DNA of 64,000 nucleotides from assembly GCA_030603385.1 (NCBI GenBank), contig JAUVXW010000003.1, positions 64,001 through 128,000 of the forward strand, in the 5' to 3' direction. The notes under the pieces are model-generated. The model ran no database searches. It saw only the letters and a program-made list of their open reading frames with translations, and was not told the origin of the DNA. Position numbers and translations under genes: made by a program. Below are positions 49,267 to 57,381 of the stretch, piece after piece; position 1 is the first letter of the stretch; each line of letters starts with the position of its first letter. Origin of the DNA: Promethearchaeota archaeon (GTDB taxonomy: Archaea; Asgardarchaeota; Lokiarchaeia; Sigyniarchaeales; SOKP01).

Positions 49267-51747
49267 ATGAATAAATCTACAAAAAGTATAGCTTTTTTCT
49301 TATTATTATCGTCAATAATCCTTCCAATTCTTCCAACAATTACAGTAGCTCAAGAAGAGAACATCGTTTTTAAAGTGTCTGCTTCGGCATTGCCAGATGA
49401 ATGGGACCCCGTAGTTACAGATTGGTACAATGTAATATATGGATCATACGCGGTATTTGCGGTCCAGTATCCCATTGGAACACCTGCGTATTACACCGCT
49501 GGAACACTAGGTCCAATAGAGGATGAGTGGGTCGGAATACTCGCTACTGATTGGGAACTTGAACGTTGGCCATCCGAGGAAAATAGCGCAGATCCACCAT
49601 TTAATAACTCAGGTGGAATAAGAACAGCTACATTTACACTTCGAGAGAATGTGACATTCCACGATGGATCCGATTGGAACGCTACAGTATGGAAATGGAA
49701 TATCGATAGAATGAATATTATTTCCGGAAATTATACCGGTAAATGTCGAAACACAGATGATAATGAAGCTGAAGGAAATCTTATGAACACCATTATCGTA
49801 GAAGATTATAAAACCTATTTTACAGAAACATGGAATATGACAAAATTTGACTCTCCATATCTTGGACTTATTCCGCCTGATCTGGGAAAAGAACCTAAGG
49901 TTACCGATTATGCCTATTATAATCTTGGACCTAATGCGTCCCTTGTCGAATATCCCGGCGTCGATGATATTTTACCAAATAATACTATACGCAATCCTGC
50001 CCCTTATGGAGGCTGGGATTATGTATCGGCTGCTGCCATACATTATGCGCCTTATGATAGATATCCTATTGTAGACTACGTGGAGATCCTTGAAAACCCA
50101 AAATCAGGAGGAAAGATTAAGGTTTACTTTAACCACTGGACCACTTCTGGACTAGCTGGGTGGGTGAATATGCCTATGCTTTCATACCATTCATATAGAA
50201 ATAGTTACACCACTAGAGGTATTTACGGGTATGAAAACGGCGTTGATGATGACCGAAATGCTGGACCAGTCACTCACATGATTGGCACAGGTCCCTACAT
50301 TTATATAGAGCACGATGAAACAGGTACACCCGCAGGGGGTTATATGTTAAAAAATGAGAATTACTGGAATAAAACCCTTCTTGAAGCCGATGGTTGGTTT
50401 GATGTTGATAGATACGAAGTTATTAATTTCCCTACAGGTCAATTAGGAGAAGATTCTAAAAATACAGCCATGCTTACACATGCTATAGATTTTGCATACG
50501 ATTCCATGTATATGCCTTTAGATTATGATGCTGTGTTAAGAAACAAAAATATTAGGTATGAGTCTACTGGGGCTACAACATATAAAACGAATATCGTACT
50601 GAATAGCATCAATGAAACATGGTGGGCATGGCCTGGGTATGATGCTTGGAGGAAAGTTCAATATCCTCGTGCTGGTGATAAACCTGCTGGTGGTGTTCCT
50701 CGAGCAATGCGAAAAGCGATGGGTTATGCGTTTAATTATGATCTTATGATACATACTGCTTTAAATGATCGCGCAGTTCGAGGTGGTGGGGTGCTAGGTA
50801 GCCCCAATATATATTATAATGACAGTATTCCCTTGGCAGATTATAATGTAACGAAAGCACGAGAAATTCTGCTTACCACTGAGAGTGACATATCAGGAGA
50901 AGTTTATACTACCATAGATGTTAATAGTTCATATTGGCCCAATCCCGATCTTTATAATTTCAGTAAAATGTGTGCCGATAGAAGTTTGACCGCAAGTAGC
51001 TCGGATGCTGATTGGCGATATATTGCTGACAACAATCCAATATACACACTTAACTTTTATTGGGATTCTGCTCATGAAGATGTAAAGAGTGTACTTCTAA
51101 CTTCTCTTCGAAATATTGGGTGTACTTTAAAAGACAAAACTGGAGCTACAAATAGGGTTACCACTATAATTTGGGATACAGTCCGTATTGGTCATTTGAC
51201 CACATTTGATGGAATCTATAGTCTCTTTTCTTGTGGTGCGTGGGTAATGGACGAGGACTTATCTCATACATCCCCTGAGTTAAATCTCTTTTGGGCTCAT
51301 GTTGATCCCGATAAAGGGAGATGGCGAACTTTGGGCGGTGGAGGGATCACGAGTTGGCACTATTGGGGTAACTTCGGATTTAATTTTAATGAACGAGCTG
51401 ATTATTATAATGATCGTATGTGGACTTCCGATCCAATGGAAAGAAAAATCTGGATTAATAAATTAGCACACGTCGAGCAAACCGTTGTTTTCCCAAAAAT
51501 CTGGTGTTATGAAGCATTGGGCGGATGGGCTCTATGGAAAGACTGGGAATTTTTTACAGTAAAGAACACAGGAGGACATAATACGGGTCTCTTTGGAGGC
51601 ATTTCAATCAGTTTCTTGAGATATGTAGGTCTTCCAGAAGATTTCGCATTAATTCCCGGAGCTCCATTACTCGTTACATTGACCATTTCAGCAGTTTCGA
51701 CACTCGGTATAATATATGCGATAATGAGAAAGAAAAAACTCAAGTAG
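49267..51747 (+). CDS. oppA: Family-5 (OppA/DppA) solute-binding protein with signal peptide and C-terminal IPG-TM-basic anchor (Loki-CTERM-like)
   Basis: FTLRENVTFHDG, IGTGPY, NENYW and RKAMGYAFNYD motifs; ends IPGAPLLVTLTISAVSTLGIIYAIMRKKKLK. Confidence 0.88.
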   Translation: MNKSTKSIAFFLLLSSIILPILPTITVAQEENIVFKVSASALPDEWDPVVTDWYNVIYGSYAVFAVQYPIGTPAYYTAGTLGPIEDEWVGILATDWELERWPSEENSADPPFNNSGGIRTATFTLRENVTFHDGSDWNATVWKWNIDRMNIISGNYTGKCRNTDDNEAEGNLMNTIIVEDYKTYFTETWNMTKFDSPYLGLIPPDLGKEPKVTDYAYYNLGPNASLVEYPGVDDILPNNTIRNPAPYGGWDYVSAAAIHYAPYDRYPIVDYVEILENPKSGGKIKVYFNHWTTSGLAGWVNMPMLSYHSYRNSYTTRGIYGYENGVDDDRNAGPVTHMIGTGPYIYIEHDETGTPAGGYMLKNENYWNKTLLEADGWFDVDRYEVINFPTGQLGEDSKNTAMLTHAIDFAYDSMYMPLDYDAVLRNKNIRYESTGATTYKTNIVLNSINETWWAWPGYDAWRKVQYPRAGDKPAGGVPRAMRKAMGYAFNYDLMIHTALNDRAVRGGGVLGSPNIYYNDSIPLADYNVTKAREILLTTESDISGEVYTTIDVNSSYWPNPDLYNFSKMCADRSLTASSSDADWRYIADNNPIYTLNFYWDSAHEDVKSVLLTSLRNIGCTLKDKTGATNRVTTIIWDTVRIGHLTTFDGIYSLFSCGAWVMDEDLSHTSPELNLFWAHVDPDKGRWRTLGGGGITSWHYWGNFGFNFNERADYYNDRMWTSDPMERKIWINKLAHVEQTVVFPKIWCYEALGGWALWKDWEFFTVKNTGGHNTGLFGGISISFLRYVGLPEDFALIPGAPLLVTLTISAVSTLGIIYAIMRKKKLK

Positions 51748-51775
51748 AATAGTAAATTTAAAGACTAAATAAATC

Positions 51776-51794
51776 TTTTTTCTTTTTTTTTTTT
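51776..51794 (+). terminator. Poly-T archaeal-type terminator after oppA
   Basis: TTTTTTCTTTTTTTTTTTT about 30 nt after the stop codon. Confidence 0.5.
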
Positions 51795-51829
51795 AATGTC
51801 AAACAACACTCAACAGACAAAAATAAATA

Positions 51830-52530
51830 GGCTCTTTGAGCTTAATAGAAAGATTTATCCTCGTTAAATCCTTATTTTATTTAATGCCAACAAAGCCTTC
51901 TGAAATTAAAAAGGCTACAATCCATACTTATTGGAATTCTAAAGAAAGATTGATCTGCCCCTTATGTTCTTCTCAACTACAACATGAATTTAATAATGGA
52001 GGCAGGAAAATTATTACTTGAAAGGGACCTGTATGGGTATTGACTAATTATTATAGCTATATTAATCCTAAGTGTGAAATGCACGAGGCATTTCCAGTAG
52101 CATATCATTCAGTCATTCAACGGAAGCGATTTTCCTTGGAAGTATGGGCAAAAGTGATACAACATCATTTCAAGCATCAACTTAATTATTCCACCATCGT
52201 CAAACTCATGTGGGACGATTGGGACGTGTCAATTTCGAGGAACACGGTGAGAAACATCTGCGAATTTTTTGAAATGGCAGGAAAGCAATACACGGATAAA
52301 AATTCCTAAAAGGGGTAGAATCAAGCGGGAGAATCATTTTATCGCTTGATGGTGCCCAACCAGTTAAGAACGAGCCTTCTCTTTGGGTCTTTTCTGAGAA
52401 ATTGAAATGCTCTATGGCGTTCCCATCGTAGGCATCATTTCCGACAAGCAAAAAAGCATTGTGAATGGTGTCAAGCAATTCAAACCAGATATCCCACATG
52501 CATATTGCCAATACCACTTCCTTAACCACG
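51830..52530 (+). mobile_element. Degraded IS transposase remnant (Zn-finger, HTH, DDE with CxxH; IS256/MULE-like motif)
   Basis: CPLC N-terminus; in-frame TGA at 52019-52021; ISRNTVRN HTH; frameshift near 52300 into ILSLDGAQP; then IISDKQK...HAYCQYHFL, truncated at about 52530. Confidence 0.8.
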
Positions 52531-52631
52531 TTTTTTTTTGTTTTTGAAACTATCTTATGATTTTAAAAACAATAGTAAAAATATAGGGGATTATTAATCC
52601 TTAAATAATATCTAACTGAAGAATTAATTAG

Positions 52632-53147
52632 CTATATTTTTTTTCTGCCTACACTATATCGTTTAAGAAGCATACCACATATAGCCCCTGAGATGGCTAT
52701 TTCAAACAAAATAATTATGTCAAGCCATCCTCTAATATTACCAAATTTTAGGATAATCGGTTCTGTTGAAAAGCCAAACATAATAGCATAAAATATGAAA
52801 CCTTCTGCAATAAGAAGAGGTACCAGCCAGATGGATGCTTTAATTCCATAATGAGCTATTTCTTGTTTATATGTTAACACAAAACATACCAAAAACAACA
52901 CTAAAGCGGGTAAGAAGAAAGTTTTCAAATATGTTGTCCAAGTCCAAAAAAGTATGGTTCTATCCATATCAGTATAAGAGATCCATTCTTCATAATAATA
53001 ATCATACATCATAATGTTGGCGATAATTCCGTAATAACATAAAAAAGCAAAAATATACAAAAAAATAACACCCCCTTGTCGTCCCCAGTCAATTTTTATA
53101 TGACCTTTTGCTTTATAATCACTTTTTTCAATCTTCTCTGTTTCCAT
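52632..53147 (-). CDS. Hypothetical 4-TM membrane protein
   Basis: 171 aa, four hydrophobic segments, basic C-terminal tail. Confidence 0.75.
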   Translation of the reverse strand: METEKIEKSDYKAKGHIKIDWGRQGGVIFLYIFAFLCYYGIIANIMMYDYYYEEWISYTDMDRTILFWTWTTYLKTFFLPALVLFLVCFVLTYKQEIAHYGIKASIWLVPLLIAEGFIFYAIMFGFSTEPIILKFGNIRGWLDIIILFEIAISGAICGMLLKRYSVGRKKI

Positions 53148-53247
53148 ATGTTAAAACCTAGAAATTTCAAAATTAAATAAAACTTAACCTAAAAAATTAT
53201 TTTACAAATTTAAATTCTTTTCATTTTAGAATGCTATTTTTCAAAAT

Positions 53248-53261
53248 TTTACGTTCGTAAA
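53248..53261. promoter_or_regulatory. Palindromic operator candidate TTTACG-TT-CGTAAA upstream of the 4-TM gene
   Basis: 12-bp core identical to 49129-49140. Confidence 0.6.
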
Positions 53262-53264
53262 GTT

Positions 53265-55076
53265 TTACCTTACTAAGAAATCTTTAATTCGACTATCCCA
53301 AGTATTATATTTAGATGTTCCGTCCTTCCACTTTTGTTTTGATGCTTCTTTTAAGAATTCAATTCCCGAATTTTTAGGCAATTCTTCGATAATTTCAATA
53401 TACCGTGGTACATGAAAGTAGGCGAGATTATGAAACAAATAGTCGCTAAGTTCTTCATGGGTGATAGTGCGATTTTTCGCTTTCACAGCAATGATTTTAA
53501 AATTAATATCAGGATCATTTCCATTCCGAACAGGTATGACAGAAGATTCAATGATATTTGGGTGTGAATTTGCTACTCGTTCAATATCCTTTGTAAAGAT
53601 TACTTCATTGTTTTTGGATATGATCTCGTTTCTTTTCCCCTTATAATAAACATATCCCTCATAGTCAATATAACCAAAATCACCCGTGTAAACCCAATTA
53701 TCCCTTCCTATTTTTACATCAATTTTTCCAGGTTGTCTATAATATTCAAAAATTGCTCCGGATGCTCTTCGTACTGCTATTTCTCCAACGTTATTTGGTC
53801 CTGGAGGCATTTCTGTTCCATTAGGGCCGATAATTTTTAATTCTATGAAATCTAATGGTGTTCCAATTGACCCCATTTTTCCACCTTCAGAACCTAGTTT
53901 ATTGATAGTTACACCAATTCCTTCTGCATGTGACCAGCACTCATGTAAGTGGATTCCAAACCTTTCTTCAAAAGCATTCCATAAATCCATTCCTGCGCCA
54001 AAACCGTAAGCAAACTTGATAGAATGAACTCGATCATTGACTTTGGGCTTTTGATACAATAGATTTGTCAGATGGCTACTGAAATAACAAAAACAAGTGG
54101 GTTCAAACTTATGGATTTCCTCCCAGAATGTTGATGCATTAAAATCTTCAGTAATTATAAGCGATTTATCATAGACAATTGAAGGTAATACCACAAAAAA
54201 ATGGGCAGTGCTACTAGATAAAGACATAGGGCAATAGATTTTGGATGCTTTGTCTAATCCTATCTTCATCAATTCAAATCCTAAAGCAATACCTGCTAAT
54301 ACAGTATTTCTATACACAACTCCTTTGGGTTGTCCAGTCACACCACTAGAATATTGAATTTCTGTAGGATCATCACTATACATATTAATCTCGGGATTTT
54401 GAGAATTTGATGTAATAATTGACTTAAAATTGGCATAGTGATTCTCAAAATTAAAATCAACAGGAGCATTGTGTATAAGTACTTTCTTGATCTTCGGTAG
54501 ATTTTTACTAACTTCTATGTATTTGCTAAGAAATTTATAATCAATAATCAAAACTTCTGTATCACTGTCTCTTAATATATATTCTAAATGATTGTCACTC
54601 AAAAATGTATCAATAGGTACAAATACACATCCGGCTTTAGCTATTCCAAACCATGTAAAAAGGAATTCTGGGCAAGTTTCCATAAGTAACGAAATTTTGG
54701 GTGCTTTTAAATCCAATTTATTAGTCAATTCAAGAAGTCCATGAGCAAGTTTGTTGGAATTATTATTAATTTCTTCATAAGAATAGCTTTTGTCTTTAAA
54801 GTAAAGATATGGTTGATCTTTATTTGCCTTTGCTTTAATTTCTAATAATCTCGGAAGTGTAGCGTTCTCTATTCCAAAATTTCTTATTATTCTCGAACGC
54901 TCATCATTTCTGCTTATCTTTAAAGACCCTTCCTCTATTTCAATAATTACTTCTTCATTATCTTGGAATGGAAATAATTCATCTTTATAAACCTTGCTTG
55001 GAATATATATCCAAACACTTTTATAACCACCATTTCCAGATTTTTTTGTAGTTATTTTTCCTTTAGCTACTTTCAA
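53265..55076 (-). CDS. AbrB/MazE-like DNA-binding domain fused to a degenerate CaiC-like AMP-forming acyl-CoA ligase
   Basis: N-terminal KITTKKSGNGGYKSVWIYIPSKV...FQDNEEVIIEIEEGSLKI swapped-hairpin pattern; ligase core YSSGVTGQPKGV and YTGDFG; A5, A8 and A10 motifs altered. Confidence 0.8.
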   Translation of the reverse strand: MKVAKGKITTKKSGNGGYKSVWIYIPSKVYKDELFPFQDNEEVIIEIEEGSLKISRNDERSRIIRNFGIENATLPRLLEIKAKANKDQPYLYFKDKSYSYEEINNNSNKLAHGLLELTNKLDLKAPKISLLMETCPEFLFTWFGIAKAGCVFVPIDTFLSDNHLEYILRDSDTEVLIIDYKFLSKYIEVSKNLPKIKKVLIHNAPVDFNFENHYANFKSIITSNSQNPEINMYSDDPTEIQYSSGVTGQPKGVVYRNTVLAGIALGFELMKIGLDKASKIYCPMSLSSSTAHFFVVLPSIVYDKSLIITEDFNASTFWEEIHKFEPTCFCYFSSHLTNLLYQKPKVNDRVHSIKFAYGFGAGMDLWNAFEERFGIHLHECWSHAEGIGVTINKLGSEGGKMGSIGTPLDFIELKIIGPNGTEMPPGPNNVGEIAVRRASGAIFEYYRQPGKIDVKIGRDNWVYTGDFGYIDYEGYVYYKGKRNEIISKNNEVIFTKDIERVANSHPNIIESSVIPVRNGNDPDINFKIIAVKAKNRTITHEELSDYLFHNLAYFHVPRYIEIIEELPKNSGIEFLKEASKQKWKDGTSKYNTWDSRIKDFLVR

Positions 55077-55112
55077 AAAATTATCACTTTACTTTTTATT
55101 AGATAGAATGCT

Positions 55113-55124
55113 TTACTACCGTAA
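55113..55124. promoter_or_regulatory. Operator variant TTACTACCGTAA 37 nt upstream of the AbrB-ligase start
   Basis: Fits TTAC-N4-GTAA; a second fit, TTACAGCAGTAA, is at 55213-55224. Confidence 0.45.
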
Positions 55125-55302
55125 TTTAAGAGAGTAATCACTCTTTCTTTAAAATGTTTTCCATAACTCAGTGTGATCTATCAGCAAATTTTGACATCAA
55201 TTTTGATTTATGTTACAGCAGTAAGAACGAACTTAAAATATATATGGTATATAAAAAAAATAAAATGAAAATAAGGAGCTATATAATTATATATAATATA
55301 AA

Positions 55303-57234
55303 CTAAAGCTTTTGACCTATTGCATATCCCTCGTGAATTGCTTCTAACATTCTTCTAGCTTGTGAACAATCTCCTATCGCGTGTACAGTGGGTAATTTCT
55401 CCCTCAACATATTGAATAATTTATTTTGAGCTTCCATACCAGCAGCAATCACAACTGTATCAGCTTCAATTATTTCAGAGTTTCCTTCTCTTTCGATTTC
55501 TACTCCATCATCCGTTATTCTAATGACTTTAGAAGAAGTGTATTGTTTGATGCCCCATCTGGCTATTCTCATGGTGACTGACCATTTTGTTGCTGGGCCA
55601 ACATCTCGTGCAATCTTTGGCAACATTTCAACAATGGAAACATCCTTTCCTTGAGATCTTAGAAGCTCCGCCGTTTCACAGCCAATCATCCCCCCCCCTA
55701 TTATTACAACATTATCACCTGTGCTTGACATTCCCTTTAACACATCAACTGCCATAACAACATTTTCAGTGTTAATTCCTGGTATATCTGGAGTTATTGC
55801 TGTCGCACCAGTAGCTACGATAACCTCATCAGCGTTTTCCTTCAAAATAGAATCTACCGTTGCTTCTTTATTAAGCTGAACATTAATTTTTAATTTCTTC
55901 ATCTGATATATTAAGTAATGTGTTAAACAATTGGTCTCCTCCTTATGAGGGGCTAAGGACGCCGTTATTAAATTTCCTCCTAGCTGATCATTTTTCTCCC
56001 ATAGAGTCACTTTGTGACCTCTTAATGTTGCTACCCTTGCGGCTTCCATCCCAGCTGGACCACCACCAATAATGAGGATCTTTTTCAATTTTTCCGCTTT
56101 CTCTAATTTTTTACCTTCCTTACCCAATCCAGCGTTTACAGAACACACAATAGTTCCTGGACTAGCCATAGCATCAAAACAACGGCAACAAGCTATACAC
56201 ATATTAATATCGTCAAATTCACCTTTCATAGCTTTTTTTGGGAAATATGGATCAGTCAAAAATGGCCTGCCAAAATGTACCAAATCTGCTCTTCCGTCTC
56301 TTATAATCTCATTAGCAAATCGAGGATCATTGATTCTCCCTCCTGTCATAATAGGAACATTTATTATCTTTTTCATCGCTTCTGCTAAATATACAAATGC
56401 TCCCCTAGGAACTGACATAGGTAACATAGGTTTTGGTGATTCATGCCATCCTGCCCATGTGTGTATCACAGAAACTCCTGCTTGCTCTGCTAATTTTGCC
56501 ATAATTTGAGAATCCTCCAGAACTGTACCCCCATCTATGTATTCTTCAGCACTAATTTTATAGATTACAGGGAACTGGTTTTCAAGTTTTTTTCTAATAT
56601 TTTTAATAATTTCAACAATAAAAGTTGCCCGTTCTGCAGGAGATTTTCCTCCAAATCTATCAGTTCGTTTGTTGGTAAGAGGTGATCCGAATTGACTTAT
56701 TAAGTATCCTGTTGATCCCATTAATAATACACCTTTAAATCCTGCTTCAGCACTTCTTCTCGCAGAATCACCAAATCTTTCAACTAATTCTTCAACCTCT
56801 TCAGTAGATAATTCTCTTGGCATTTCACCTCTTCCTCTATAACCCGCAATGGGAGATGGTGCCACAGGTTGCATACCAGTAAGACCAGAATGGCAATATC
56901 TACCGCCATGTGATAATTCAATCATCGGAACAGATCCATTTTTATCAATGGCGTTCGCTAATTTTTTCAAACCTGGGGAATACTTATCATCATCAGTTGC
57001 TATCATACCTTTACCTGCTGTACTTCCTATCGGGTAGTCTATGATACCCATCTCTACACAAATAAAACCAGCACCTCCTTTAGCCCTTTCTACATAGTAA
57101 TCAACTAATTGGTCGGTTACATATCCATCGTAACCAAATCGGGTGTTCATAGGGGCCATCATTATTCTATTACTTATTTCAACATCTCCAATTGTTATTG
57201 GCTGAAATAAATATTTTACTTCTTCTACAACCAT
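55303..57234 (-). CDS. NADH:flavin oxidoreductase (old yellow enzyme TIM barrel, [4Fe-4S], FAD domain; 2,4-dienoyl-CoA reductase FadH-like)
   Basis: MAPM, HGGRY, MGSTGYLISQF, NKRTDRFGG, CIACCRC...C, GGGPAG and GGGMIG motifs. Confidence 0.9.
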   Translation of the reverse strand: MVVEEVKYLFQPITIGDVEISNRIMMAPMNTRFGYDGYVTDQLVDYYVERAKGGAGFICVEMGIIDYPIGSTAGKGMIATDDDKYSPGLKKLANAIDKNGSVPMIELSHGGRYCHSGLTGMQPVAPSPIAGYRGRGEMPRELSTEEVEELVERFGDSARRSAEAGFKGVLLMGSTGYLISQFGSPLTNKRTDRFGGKSPAERATFIVEIIKNIRKKLENQFPVIYKISAEEYIDGGTVLEDSQIMAKLAEQAGVSVIHTWAGWHESPKPMLPMSVPRGAFVYLAEAMKKIINVPIMTGGRINDPRFANEIIRDGRADLVHFGRPFLTDPYFPKKAMKGEFDDINMCIACCRCFDAMASPGTIVCSVNAGLGKEGKKLEKAEKLKKILIIGGGPAGMEAARVATLRGHKVTLWEKNDQLGGNLITASLAPHKEETNCLTHYLIYQMKKLKINVQLNKEATVDSILKENADEVIVATGATAITPDIPGINTENVVMAVDVLKGMSSTGDNVVIIGGGMIGCETAELLRSQGKDVSIVEMLPKIARDVGPATKWSVTMRIARWGIKQYTSSKVIRITDDGVEIEREGNSEIIEADTVVIAAGMEAQNKLFNMLREKLPTVHAIGDCSQARRMLEAIHEGYAIGQKL

Positions 57235-57381
57235 GATTGCTTCTACCTTTTTATTATATAGTTTATATATTTCAACATGAATTTTATTAAAGTTTTCTAA
57301 TAATAATTAATACAATTTTTTCATTATCTTACCTAATATTTAAAACCAACTATTGTAAATTTACGGAAATATTGATAAATT

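Noticed and set aside
52019-52021. In-frame TGA as Sec or programmed readthrough in the transposase
   Set aside because: The same element also has a frameshift, deletion and truncation, so ordinary decay explains it
52206-52529. 107-aa minus-strand ORF
   Set aside because: Antisense to the transposase DDE fragments on the + strand
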